From: Minisyncoccota bacterium
GTDB lineage: Bacteria; Patescibacteriota; Minisyncoccia; Phycocordibacterales; JBAYGS01
Reading direction: 5' to 3'
Assembly (NCBI GenBank): GCA_041666545.1
Contig: JBAYGS010000002.1
Coordinates: forward strand, 106,395-170,394
DNA length: 64,000 bases
Part shown: piece by piece, positions 37,138-46,985 of the stretch
Position numbering within the stretch: position 1 is the first letter of the stretch
How the letters are laid out: every line of letters begins with the position of its first letter
The notes under the pieces: generated by a model
Seen by the model: only the letters and a program-made list of their open reading frames with translations
The model's database searches: none
What the model was told of the DNA's origin: nothing
Program-made: the position numbers and the translations under genes

Positions 37138-38535
37138 ATGACAAAAATGTATCAAACAAAAGAGCAAGTTTTGGAGAAAGCAGAAACAATTTTGCATAAA
37201 TCTTTGCGTAGAGCTATCTCTACAGAAGCAATCGGAATTATTGAGGCCCAAATTGGAGAATACGGAATGAAGCGCAAAGGCTTCTTGGGTGATTTGGTAG
37301 AAAAATACTTTTTCGACATTAATCCAGGAAATATTAGCGAGCCAGATTTTAAAATTGCAGAAGTTGAACTTAAAACAACTCCGCTAAAGAAACATAGCAA
37401 TAACAAATTGGTTTCAAAGGAAAGATTAGTTTTTTCGATGATTAACTACGACACTGTTGTAAATGAAACATGGAAGCTAAGCTCTTTCTTGAAGAAAAAC
37501 AAGTCACTGTTATTAATGTTTTACTTATGGATAGAAAATAAGAGCATTCTTGATTATGAATTTAAATTTGTTCATTTATTGAATTTACTAGAAGATATTT
37601 CCAATGAGGATGTTTTTCAAATTCAGAAAGATTGGGAGTATATTGTTTCTAAAATAAAACGAGGAGAAGCGCATCTTCTATCTGAAGGCGATACCTATTA
37701 TCTTGGTGCTTGTACGAAGGCTGCGAACAGTAGAGTTGTAAGAGACCAGCCAATGAATCGTGCACCTGCAAAACCTCGTGCATTTTCCTTCAAACAACAA
37801 TATATAAATTACCTAATTAAAACAAAACTACTTGGCGAAAAAACAAATACGGATTCAATTTTTAAGAAACAGAGACGGATTGAAACCATCGAAGATTTAA
37901 TTAAGGAAAAATTTTCTGCATTTATAGGAAAAACTGATAAAGAGATACTTAAGAAACTTGGCTCAAATCTTGGCACAAAAGCAAAAAGTTATAAGAGATT
38001 GATTGTTAATAGGATTCTTGGTGTTAATTCAAATAATATTGAGGAACTAGAAAAGGCTAATATAACTCTTAAAGTAATAACACTTGAATCTAGTGGAACA
38101 CTCAGGGAATCTATGTCATTCCCTGCGTTTGATTATAAAGATTTAATGATCCAAATTTGGAATGATGACGAAGAAGAATCAATGGCTGATTTTCACCTGC
38201 AACTTGAGACTAAAAAATTCTTATTCGTTGTGTTTCAAAAACAAAAAGGAAGTGGTGACATACTACTCAAAAAAACTATGTTTTGGAATTTCCCAATGAA
38301 AGATATTGCTGAAGCAGAAAATGTTTGGAAAAAAACTGTTGATTGTATTAATGATGGAAGATATGACGAATTACCAAAAATTAAAGATAGTAAGGTTGCA
38401 CATGTTCGCCCGCACGGGAAAGATTCTACGGACACAATAGAAACACCTCAAAAAACATTAGAAATGAAGCGCTGTTTCTGGTTAAACGCTAAATATATAC
38501 AGCAAGCCATAGAAAACAGTCAAGATCAAGATTGA
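37138..38535 (+). CDS. Sau3AI/MutH-family type II restriction endonuclease
   Basis: KG..G...E, PDF....ELK.TP, KERL, LSEGDT.YLGACTK, HVRPH, CFWLN. Confidence 0.88.
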   Translation: MTKMYQTKEQVLEKAETILHKSLRRAISTEAIGIIEAQIGEYGMKRKGFLGDLVEKYFFDINPGNISEPDFKIAEVELKTTPLKKHSNNKLVSKERLVFSMINYDTVVNETWKLSSFLKKNKSLLLMFYLWIENKSILDYEFKFVHLLNLLEDISNEDVFQIQKDWEYIVSKIKRGEAHLLSEGDTYYLGACTKAANSRVVRDQPMNRAPAKPRAFSFKQQYINYLIKTKLLGEKTNTDSIFKKQRRIETIEDLIKEKFSAFIGKTDKEILKKLGSNLGTKAKSYKRLIVNRILGVNSNNIEELEKANITLKVITLESSGTLRESMSFPAFDYKDLMIQIWNDDEEESMADFHLQLETKKFLFVVFQKQKGSGDILLKKTMFWNFPMKDIAEAENVWKKTVDCINDGRYDELPKIKDSKVAHVRPHGKDSTDTIETPQKTLEMKRCFWLNAKYIQQAIENSQDQD

Positions 38536-38566
38536 TCTTTTTATCTCTATTTGTTAGAATGGGAAC

Positions 38567-39982
38567 ATGAAAAGAATTCGAGTTGTTGAACTGTTTGCAG
38601 GCGTAGGTGGCTTTCGTGTTGGTTTGGAGACTGCTACAAGAAATAATGGGCACATCAGGTATGAGGTAGTTTGGAGTAGTCAGTGGGAACCGGGTGCAAG
38701 TACTCAGCATGCTTCTCAAATCTATGAAGTAAATTTTGGTAAAGATGGACACTCGAATGAGGATATTCAAAAAATTATTGATAATAAATTCCACGAAATT
38801 CGAGACCATGATCTTTTAGTCGGAGGATTTCCTTGTCAAGATTACTCAGTAGCTAGGACATTAAGTCAGGCGAAGGGCTTAGAAGGGAAAAAGGGTGTTT
38901 TGTGGTGGTCAATATACAATATTCTTCAAAGGAAAGGTAAAAAGGCCCCTTCGTTCCTTTTATTGGAGAACGTCGACCGTCTGCTCAAATCCCCATCAGT
39001 ACAAAGAGGTCGTGATTTTGCTGTGATGCTTTCCTCACTTAATAATTTGGGCTATGCCGTTGAGTGGAGGGTCATAAACGCCGCAGAATACGGGATGCCT
39101 CAAAGAAGAAGGAGAGTCTATATTTTGGGCTATAAAAAAGGCACGGAAATTTATAAAAATCTCGAAGCGCAAGAAGATAAGGAAAGATGGATAAATAAAG
39201 ACGGGGTTACCGCCAAGGCTTTTCCGGTAAAAAATATAGTCCTAAATAAAAATAAATTCACATTGGAAAAAGATCTCGTAAAATTAACTAAAAATTTTTC
39301 AATGGGCAGTCCCCAAAAAAGTCCTTTTGAAATTTCTGGCATCATGATAAATGGTGAAGTTTATACGTACAAAGTTACCCCTGATTATGACGGCAAATTT
39401 ATTATTTTGAAGGATATTATTGAGCCGGATGAGAAAAAAATACAAAAAGAATTTTTCATTGATAAAAAAGATTTGCCAACATGGAAATATTTGAAGGGAG
39501 GGAAGAAGGAGGCCCGAAAAAGTAAGGGAGGTTTTACCTATGATTATTCAGAAGGCTCTATGGTCTTTCCCGATTCTCTTGAAAAGCCGTCCCGAACAAT
39601 TGTGACCGGTGAAGGAGGTATCTCACCTTCCAGATTCAAGCATGTGATAAAAACAAAGACCGGTAAGTTGCGTAGATTGACCTCAGAGGAGCTTGAGAGG
39701 TTGAATATGTTTCCGGAAGGCCACACAAAATTTATGCATAACGGGAAGATTACTCCAGATACAAAGAGGGCGTTTATTATGGGAAATGCGTTAGTTGTCG
39801 GTGTCATTGAAGGTCTTGGCAAAGCTCTGATTGAATTTATAAACAAGAAGCCAAAAAAGGGCAGGATGAGTGGAAAAAGGAAAAAATATTTAAGGGGCGA
39901 ACGCTCGCCACAACCACTAGGTGAAGATGTCCCCAAGAGGCTCGTGAGAACCGTTCTTGTGAGGGGGACATATTTAAGTTAA
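38567..39982 (+). CDS. C5 DNA cytosine methyltransferase (Sau3AI-type partner)
   Basis: ELFAGVGG, GGFPCQDYS, ENV, QRRRR, MGNA. Confidence 0.93.
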   Translation: MKRIRVVELFAGVGGFRVGLETATRNNGHIRYEVVWSSQWEPGASTQHASQIYEVNFGKDGHSNEDIQKIIDNKFHEIRDHDLLVGGFPCQDYSVARTLSQAKGLEGKKGVLWWSIYNILQRKGKKAPSFLLLENVDRLLKSPSVQRGRDFAVMLSSLNNLGYAVEWRVINAAEYGMPQRRRRVYILGYKKGTEIYKNLEAQEDKERWINKDGVTAKAFPVKNIVLNKNKFTLEKDLVKLTKNFSMGSPQKSPFEISGIMINGEVYTYKVTPDYDGKFIILKDIIEPDEKKIQKEFFIDKKDLPTWKYLKGGKKEARKSKGGFTYDYSEGSMVFPDSLEKPSRTIVTGEGGISPSRFKHVIKTKTGKLRRLTSEELERLNMFPEGHTKFMHNGKITPDTKRAFIMGNALVVGVIEGLGKALIEFINKKPKKGRMSGKRKKYLRGERSPQPLGEDVPKRLVRTVLVRGTYLS

Positions 39983-39991
39983 TAATTTATG
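39938..39991 (+). repeat. ~54-bp repeat ending at an ATG; second copy 41765-41818
   Basis: aggctcg..agaaccgttcttg.g.gggggacatatttaagt.aa.aatttATG. Confidence 0.85.
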
Positions 39992-40510
39992 AAAAAAGGC
40001 AAAGAAAAAGTTTTGGCAGGGATTGTTTTGAAATACTATCGTCTCTCCGATAAAAATGAAAAACCGGAAGGCGGACCCTCTGGAATTACTTGCGCGTATT
40101 GCCTCCTCCAAAATATTGTGCATATCGGCAGTGGTTTTAAGGACAAGAAGGGTAAGATCCATCACATCTGTGAACGATGCGCGGTAGAGGCCTATCGCAA
40201 GGAACATGGTTTTAAGACTTTGGCTGTGGCCGAGGCTAGGCGGAGGCGAATGTTTGATGTTGGGTATCTCTTCAACGAGATATTAGTTGACGAGTATATG
40301 AAGATTAAAGGGATTAAAGACTCTAAAAGTCTCGGTGAAAAAATTAATGATATTTTTGTCAGAGCTCCGGAATTGTATAACTATCTATTCAGTAAGGAGG
40401 AGAAAGTGAGGATTGAGGAAATCGAAGTTCAAGCTGAAATTGAAGCAGAATTAAGGGGAAAGATTGGAATTGTTGACCTTAAGCAGTTTTTCATTGAGGT
40501 CGGGTTGTAG
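39989..40510 (+). CDS. Hypothetical protein with two CxxC pairs
   Basis: CAYC...CERC. Confidence 0.6.
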   Translation: MKKGKEKVLAGIVLKYYRLSDKNEKPEGGPSGITCAYCLLQNIVHIGSGFKDKKGKIHHICERCAVEAYRKEHGFKTLAVAEARRRRMFDVGYLFNEILVDEYMKIKGIKDSKSLGEKINDIFVRAPELYNYLFSKEEKVRIEEIEVQAEIEAELRGKIGIVDLKQFFIEVGL

Positions 40511-40654
40511 TTTTTGGCCCCGCCGTGTCCCACGGCGGGGCCTCACTGGGCCGATAGGGCAATAATATCTGTATTCTAAGGCCCGCATTTTGGATGTCAA
40601 GTTATCAACAGAAATTGCTTGATTTTTTTACAAGTTTTGTATATACTTTTTGGT

Positions 40655-41359
40655 ATGACCAACAAGTATATACAAAAAATTAAGGAATTTCGTCTTAAAA
40701 AAGGTCTTTCTCAGGAACAAGTCGCGCAAGCTATCGGGGTCTCCCGCCCGACGTATACGGCAATTGAAGCTGGGAAAAAACAGAATCTCGATCTTGATGA
40801 GGCTCAAAAGCTTGCTAACTTTTTTGGAATCGGCTTGAACGAGCTAGTCTCTGGAACAATAGAAAATGTTGAGAAATATAAGCAGATGATACTTGCTTAC
40901 CTTAGGATGAACCTTTCAATTTCTAGAAATGGAAGGGTTACAAAGACTAAGCTTGCCAAACTTCTTTATTTTGCAGATTTTGCGTGGTTCTATGACCATC
41001 TAGAAAGTATGAGTGGAATGCAATATAAAAAATTTGCCTACGGTCCGGTGCCCGATACTTTTTTTCGTGTTCTCGATGAGTTGGAGGAAGATGGAAAAAT
41101 TAATATTGAAAGGAAGAAAGAGGACGGAAAGGATGTTTTCTTAATTACGGAATCGGAAAGTAATAAAAATGAGAAAATTACAACTATCTCTGCCGAGGAA
41201 AGGAAGTTGATGGAGAGGATTGCCAAAAAATGGAGAGGCAAAAACACTCAAGATATTGTTACTTTTACGCACAATCAATTTCCTTACACTGTTTGTCGAG
41301 ATAATGAAGTGATACCTTATGAATTGATAACCCAGGAAGACGCCGATAAGGTGTACTGA
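40655..41359 (+). CDS. XRE-HTH fused to Panacea/SocA (DUF4065) antitoxin domain
   Basis: SQEQVA..IGVSR..Y..IE; KLAKLLYFAD, YGPVP. Confidence 0.85.
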   Translation: MTNKYIQKIKEFRLKKGLSQEQVAQAIGVSRPTYTAIEAGKKQNLDLDEAQKLANFFGIGLNELVSGTIENVEKYKQMILAYLRMNLSISRNGRVTKTKLAKLLYFADFAWFYDHLESMSGMQYKKFAYGPVPDTFFRVLDELEEDGKINIERKKEDGKDVFLITESESNKNEKITTISAEERKLMERIAKKWRGKNTQDIVTFTHNQFPYTVCRDNEVIPYELITQEDADKVY

Positions 41360-41364
41360 TTGAA

Positions 41365-41766
41365 ATGGTCATGCAAGGTAATTATTCCGTACGGATTGAG
41401 AAATATGCTGAAAGGCACTTCATAAGTAGTTTCGCTAAGAAGTATAACCAGCATTGGGATGTCACGCTTAGAGCGATTGTTTTTTCGCTTGAGCATATAG
41501 ATTCACTGCTTCTCACCGATAAGGCCGAGACGATATCTGATGTCGATGGCGTAAAGATAATTAAGATGAAGTTTACTGTGGCCAAAAGTGGAGAATCGGC
41601 TAAGTCCTCTGGCAATAGGTGTATTGTTGCCTGGCATAAGGACAAGCAGTTCGTGTCCGTATTGCTTGTATACGGTAAGACGGACTTAAGTGGTCATAAC
41701 GAGACTGCGGAGTGGAAAATGCTGATTCGAGAAAATTACCCAGAGTATAAAGAGCATTGCAAATAG
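41365..41766 (+). CDS. Putative toxin (RelE-like fold, inferred)
   Basis: 5 nt after the antitoxin gene; KSSGNRCI...LLVYGK resembles RelE/HigB. Confidence 0.5.
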   Translation: MVMQGNYSVRIEKYAERHFISSFAKKYNQHWDVTLRAIVFSLEHIDSLLLTDKAETISDVDGVKIIKMKFTVAKSGESAKSSGNRCIVAWHKDKQFVSVLLVYGKTDLSGHNETAEWKMLIRENYPEYKEHCK

Positions 41767-41815
41767 GCTCGCAAGAACCGTTCTTGCGGGGGGGACATAT
41801 TTAAGTAAACAATTT

Positions 41816-42169
41816 ATGCGCGTCTGGGACATACACCCAAAACATTTATGCAGAAAGCACCTGCTGGGAGAACACCGGGAGCTTCATGGTCTTTGGAATA
41901 TTTTGACCAAACACGGCGGTAAGGGCGGGTATTCTCAGCATCCGGAAACTAAAAGGTGGGTAGGGAAAACTCGCGCGCTTTTTGGTAGACATCAAGCGTT
42001 GGTAAAAGAGATGGAGAAGCGAGGCTATAAGCATCAGTCATTGCTTGATAGGAAACTTGCAAAAGGTAAAGGTGGTCAAATTGTTTTTATAAATACCATC
42101 AAGGAGCAAAGAGTGATATTGAGAAACAAGCCTTGCGAGTGCTTTGCTCTGCATCATCGGAGTAAGTGA
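41816..42169 (+). CDS. Pyrimidine-dimer DNA glycosylase / T4 endonuclease V-like
   Basis: MRVW...LCR.HLLGEHRELH, HPE..RW, EM..RGY. Confidence 0.8.
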   Translation: MRVWDIHPKHLCRKHLLGEHRELHGLWNILTKHGGKGGYSQHPETKRWVGKTRALFGRHQALVKEMEKRGYKHQSLLDRKLAKGKGGQIVFINTIKEQRVILRNKPCECFALHHRSK

Positions 42170-42287
42170 GGGGATGTGACAATTTAGGGTAAAAGAGATA
42201 AAGGGGGTCGGGCGTCATTGTTGCAACCTTCCGAAGAAAAGATTTGGAATAATCATGGCTAAGTCTGTTTGTGCTAAAATGGGGCTT

Positions 42288-42896
42288 ATGTCCGACGAAC
42301 AAACACAAACTCCGACCGACACCTCAATACCTCCGCCTGAACCGGAAGTAGTAACCCCAAGCTCCGAAATGGCCCCACCTGAAATTGCACCTGAAGTGGG
42401 GGCGCCAAGTGGAACATTGGCGCCTGAGGGGCCGTCTGGGGCCGTGGGAGGCTCTGGGGAAAGCGGAAATTTGGAGGGGGTGAAAGATATCATTTCGAGT
42501 TCGGATTTGCCGGTGGGCCAACCTTTGGCCGAGGTGGCTTCCGCCCCGCCGACTTCGGAGGCGGCGGGGCCGGCCCCAGAGGTTTCTGCACCTGTTTCAG
42601 TTCCGATTTCAGGCCAGAATGCAGCTCTGATTAATCGGGGCAATTTGCCGAAGGCTTGGGCCAAGATTCAAGAGACCAAGAGTAGGAAACTTGAAAAAAT
42701 TATGGCGGCACTTGATGGAAAAGTCCCCACTACGCTAAAGCTACGCGGGGCAGGCAAAATTTCAAATGACGAAGCAGAGAAATTGCTTCGGGTATCTGAT
42801 GCTACGGCAACGAGGTATCTTGAAGTGTTGGAAAGGGAGAACCGGATTAGGCAAGTTGGAAAGATCGGTCAAGGTGTTTTCTACGAGAAAATTTAG
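42288..42896 (+). CDS. P/E-rich disordered protein with C-terminal winged HTH
   Basis: ISNDEAEKLL.VSDATATRYL..LE; ATG 7 nt after TAAAAT. Confidence 0.7.
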   Translation: MSDEQTQTPTDTSIPPPEPEVVTPSSEMAPPEIAPEVGAPSGTLAPEGPSGAVGGSGESGNLEGVKDIISSSDLPVGQPLAEVASAPPTSEAAGPAPEVSAPVSVPISGQNAALINRGNLPKAWAKIQETKSRKLEKIMAALDGKVPTTLKLRGAGKISNDEAEKLLRVSDATATRYLEVLERENRIRQVGKIGQGVFYEKI

Positions 42897-42908
42897 TATA
42901 TTGAGGAC

Positions 42909-43268
42909 ATGAAAATAAAAGGAACTGATTTTGTTTTATACAATGTGACTGATTATGAGCGAGCGGTTAAGTTTTACCGTGATGTGTTGGGACTCAAATT
43001 TGTCAGCGAATATGGTGGATACTGGGGAGAGTTTGATGCCGGAAATGTTGTTCTGGCAATCCACGCAAACAAGCAACCAATCAAAGGCGGCTCAGCGGTA
43101 GCTTTGGCCGTTGATGATGTTGATAAATTTGTCAAAACCCTGAAGGATAAAGGAGTAAAAATCAGCGAGGAGCCGAGCGAGACTGAAGTGTGTTTTATAG
43201 CTACGATTTGCGACCCGGACAATAATGAGATTATTCTCCATCAGAGAAAAGATGGAACTGTAGGCTGA
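42909..43268 (+). CDS. VOC/glyoxalase family protein
   Basis: V.DYERAV.FY.DVLG, DPDNN. Confidence 0.88.
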   Translation: MKIKGTDFVLYNVTDYERAVKFYRDVLGLKFVSEYGGYWGEFDAGNVVLAIHANKQPIKGGSAVALAVDDVDKFVKTLKDKGVKISEEPSETEVCFIATICDPDNNEIILHQRKDGTVG

Positions 43269-43299
43269 AGTTGTTGGAAAAAATTTAAGGAATAAACAA

Positions 43300-43845
43300 A
43301 TGGAAATTAAATTAGGCACACTAAGTTTTCTTTCAGCTGCCACACACAAGGATTTACTAGCCAATTCTACCGCTCAAACGCTGTTAGCTTTGCCGCAACA
43401 GGGGGCGGTGGGTGTGGTAGAGATTGACCCGTCATTTTCTGATACAGCTCAATTCTGTCAAAAATATAAAAATGAAGCCGGAATAGTAGCTAATTGTGTG
43501 ATTCTAGAGGCGAAACGAGCCGAAAAAGTTTGGTACGCAGCTTGTGTGATTTTAAGTAATACTCGAGCGGATGTGAATGGCTTGGCTAGACGGACTTTGG
43601 ATGCCCGCAAGGTTTCCTTTGCCCCAATGGAACTTGCGGTAGAAAAAACTCGCATGGAGTATGGTGGAATTTGTCCAATTGGGTTGCCGAATGACTGGCC
43701 GATTTTGATTGATAAAGCTGTGGCAGATTTAGACTACGTAATTATCGGGAGCGGGATTAGAAAATCGAAAATTGCAGTTCCGGGGGAAATTCTTGCTTCC
43801 TTACCTAATGCTCAAATTCTGGTCGGCCTCGGGCAATCAAAGTAG
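43300..43845 (+). CDS. YbaK/aminoacyl-tRNA deacylase family
   Basis: ANCV, RK.SFA, MEYGGI.PIG, GSG.R.SK. Confidence 0.85.
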   Translation: MEIKLGTLSFLSAATHKDLLANSTAQTLLALPQQGAVGVVEIDPSFSDTAQFCQKYKNEAGIVANCVILEAKRAEKVWYAACVILSNTRADVNGLARRTLDARKVSFAPMELAVEKTRMEYGGICPIGLPNDWPILIDKAVADLDYVIIGSGIRKSKIAVPGEILASLPNAQILVGLGQSK

Positions 43846-43857
43846 TTTCAAACGGCT

Positions 43858-43912
43858 CACTTCTAAAGCCGAACGGCTCATTTAACGGTTAAATGAGCCG
43901 TTCGGGTATTTG
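43858..43912. repeat. Palindromic repeat; second copy ~45092-45147
   Basis: cacttctaaagc.gaacggctcatttaac-g-gttaaatgagccgttcggg. Confidence 0.88.
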
Positions 43913-44011
43913 GGTGAGCCGTTGGTTTCTGGAGAGACCCCGCCACACTCTTTGGCCCCGTGTGGCGGGGTCGGGTGTGAATGGTGGCGCCCTATGATAT
44001 TCTTTGTGAAT

Positions 44012-44572
44012 ATGAAATACATATTTATCACCGGCACTCCAAATTCAGGAAAAAGTACGTTGGCCAAGAAAACTGCGGAGTTGATTGGAGGAATACATGT
44101 TGATATTGATAGTTGGCGAGAGGAGTTATGGCAAAATAAGGAGACCCGACCTTGGGTTGATTTCTTTTCTAATCAAGATGAAAAAGAATATTGGAATACA
44201 ACAGCGCCCGAACAAGATTGGCAGAATCTCGTGAATCAGTCAGAAGCATTTTGGCCGGTCATCTTGGAAAAAATTAAAAAAATAATAGCGACAGGCCGTC
44301 CAGCCGCATTTGAAGCTGTGAATATTCTGCCACATCTGGCCAAGCGAGATTTGCCTTTTGACGGAATTGTTTTGCTAAACACTTCCTCTGATGAACTCCT
44401 GGAAAGGCTTAGGGCCAGGCCTCGCTGGGGCGCGACTGAAGAATTGCAGAAAATTGAGGCTCTTCGGTTCGTCGAGCAGGCAGAATTTTATAAAAGGGAA
44501 GCCGAGAAGTACGAATATAAATTTTTTAACAACAGCCGAGAGGCCGAGGAATACCTGTCGCGCTTAAAATAA
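44012..44572 (+). CDS. P-loop nucleotide-kinase-like protein
   Basis: FITGTPNSGKST. Confidence 0.75.
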   Translation: MKYIFITGTPNSGKSTLAKKTAELIGGIHVDIDSWREELWQNKETRPWVDFFSNQDEKEYWNTTAPEQDWQNLVNQSEAFWPVILEKIKKIIATGRPAAFEAVNILPHLAKRDLPFDGIVLLNTSSDELLERLRARPRWGATEELQKIEALRFVEQAEFYKREAEKYEYKFFNNSREAEEYLSRLK

Positions 44573-45302
44573 AGTTTGGCCTCGTCCTATTCCCACAGCA
44601 TAGCTGTTCCCCCGCGGACCAGGGCGGGGTATTAGGCGAGGCAACCGGGCAAACTTTGTTGTAGTAGTGTCGGCTCCGCCAACACACGATTCTCACTGCG
44701 GATTCATCCCCGCCTCAAAGCGGGCGGGGATGAATCCGCAGTCACAATAAAAATTTAAATCCTGCGCTGTCTGGCCTTGTGAAATATATCGTAAAATTGA
44801 CTGATGAAATTTCGCCTTGAATAATATCCTTCTTTCTCTATTTTAGCTTTTTGCAAAAAGCTAAAATAGAGAATCTCTACAAGGTTCGGTCTTGTTTTAA
44901 ATCGGGAAAAGGGTTTTTCTATGAAAGCAAGTAATAGAGCGAAACAGGCTACTAGTCGAGAAAATTTAGCTTTGGAACGGTACCACAAGAGTACTTCCAA
45001 TCTCTAATCGCTCCGCATCACGAGAGTACTTCTTGTTTTCTAATTAGCTACGCTCGTAAGAAAACAAAGTCGCCCAAGAGATTTAGGTCGCCCACTTCTA
45101 AAGCAGAACGGCTCATTTAACGGTTAAATGAGCCGTTCGGGAGTTTGGTGGCCCCGCCGACGGGGACGGCGGGGCTGGGGGGGGTGATTGGTCGGTTTGA
45201 CAAGGGGGTGTCTGTTCGGGTATGGTGCGGGGTAGAACGATGGCCGGATTCGGGTGCTACCTGAATTTAGGTTTGGCGTCAAAACTATGAAAGGCTAAAA
45301 GT

Positions 45303-45578
45303 ATGGCTAAAAAGAGATTCGCTTCCTGGTCGGTTCCCAGGTCCAAAAGAATTGACCGAATGAATTTGTGGGTTGAATTTGAGTGCGCGACCTGCCAAAA
45401 TGTCAAGATTGTTCGGAGGCACAGCAATGGCGACGGTTCGGAGCACTTTAACACCACAACAATTTGTCGTTGTCGGGTCTGCATGGCCGATACGGTGCAG
45501 AGGGTGATTCGTGTGAACACCTCTGACCCGGCTTTGACTAAGGTGAAAGCGGTCGCCTCGGTTGAGGTGACAGCTTAG
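45303..45578 (+). CDS. Small Cys-rich hypothetical protein
   Basis: CATC...CRVC; terminator at ~45593-45627. Confidence 0.5.
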   Translation: MAKKRFASWSVPRSKRIDRMNLWVEFECATCQNVKIVRRHSNGDGSEHFNTTTICRCRVCMADTVQRVIRVNTSDPALTKVKAVASVEVTA

Positions 45579-45723
45579 CAAGTTGGAGTTTCGGCCCCGC
45601 GCGTTCTGACGCGCGGGGCTTTTTGTTAAGAACCCTTACGAATAGGGCACACGAATATAAAGAGTTAAGAACCCTATAATCGTGGCTGGTCTTAGAGTGG
45701 CGGCTTCTATATAATTGGCCTAT

Positions 45724-46917
45724 ATGGAAAACAAGAAAAGATTTTTGAATGTTCATCCTGATGTCTTGAAGCTTGGGGTGGTTAGCTTTCTGACCGATAT
45801 CAGTTCCGAAGCGATTTTTTCGGTTTTTTCAATATTTTTCACTATCGTCGCCGGTGCCTCGACGGCGCTCCTCGGTCTAATTGAGGGCCTGTCGGACTTC
45901 TCGGCCTCGTCTCTGGATTATTTTACTGGCTGGCTATCTGACAAGTCGGGGAAACGAAAGCCGTTGGCGCTTTTCGGGTATGGCTTCTCGGCCTTGGCCA
46001 AAGTGGGGCTCTTGTTTGGCAGTTCGGTCTCCGCGCTTTCGGCTTTTCGGGTAGTGGAGCGCCTGGGTAAAAGTTTTCGGGGGCCGCCAAAGGACGCCTG
46101 GCTTTCGGCGGTGGCTGAACCGGCCAATCGGGGTTATGCTTTCGGCTTGCATAAAGCCATGGACAAGACCGGAGCAATTCTCGGTCCGCTCATTGCCTAC
46201 TTCCTGTTGTTGTCGTTGGGTCAAGGCTTGGGCACTTTCCGTCTAATTTTTTTGATTGCTGTCATTGGCGCCGTGCTTTCGGTTGTCGTCTTGGCCATGA
46301 TGAAGGATCAGCCGGGAGTGCCTCACGAACGAGAAAATATTTTCAAGGCCTGGAAAGATTTGAGTCGGGGATTCAAGCTTTATCTTATCCCGTCCGGAAT
46401 TTTCTCTCTGGCCTATTTCAGTTTCGGTTTCCTTTTGCTTCGTGCCTATGACCTTGGTTTTGAAATTAAGGATGTCACTTTGCTTTTTGCGCTGTTCAAC
46501 ATCTCTTTTGTGATTTTCTCGGTGCCGGTCGGGAAGTTGGGGGATTGGCTGGGTCGGAAATACATTATTGCTCTTGGCTACGGTATTTACATTTTAATGT
46601 CCCTCGGTTTTGTCTTCGCGACAGACAAGTGGCAAGTGATCGTTTTGTTTTTGTTGTTCGGACTCTTTTACACGATTGATGAAGCGCAGAGCAAAGCTTT
46701 TATCTCGGATTTAGAGACTGACCGACGCGCCACGGCGATTGGGATGTCGAATTTTGTAAACGGCATTATTTACTTGCCAGCTTCGGCAATTGCCGGAATG
46801 CTTTGGGTGTTTGGCCCGGCCTACGCCTTCGGGTTTGCGGCCGGCGTAGCTTTGTTGGCGATGATTGTCTTTGTCATTATGTTGCCGAAGATTTTAAACG
46901 GCCCAGTTCGGGCCTGA
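45724..46917 (+). CDS. MFS transporter
   Basis: About 12 TMs; GWLSDK.GKRK and GKLGD..GRK. Confidence 0.9.
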   Translation: MENKKRFLNVHPDVLKLGVVSFLTDISSEAIFSVFSIFFTIVAGASTALLGLIEGLSDFSASSLDYFTGWLSDKSGKRKPLALFGYGFSALAKVGLLFGSSVSALSAFRVVERLGKSFRGPPKDAWLSAVAEPANRGYAFGLHKAMDKTGAILGPLIAYFLLLSLGQGLGTFRLIFLIAVIGAVLSVVVLAMMKDQPGVPHERENIFKAWKDLSRGFKLYLIPSGIFSLAYFSFGFLLLRAYDLGFEIKDVTLLFALFNISFVIFSVPVGKLGDWLGRKYIIALGYGIYILMSLGFVFATDKWQVIVLFLLFGLFYTIDEAQSKAFISDLETDRRATAIGMSNFVNGIIYLPASAIAGMLWVFGPAYAFGFAAGVALLAMIVFVIMLPKILNGPVRA

Positions 46918-46985
46918 ATTTGGACCTGTTGACTTAACATTTGACTTTAACTGGCGGGATCTTTAGATCGGAGTACAATCTAAAT

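Noticed and set aside
33538-45200. Intact integrative element or prophage at tRNA-Glu
   Set aside because: No integrase or phage genes; the only att-like repeat lies 175 bp from the tRNA
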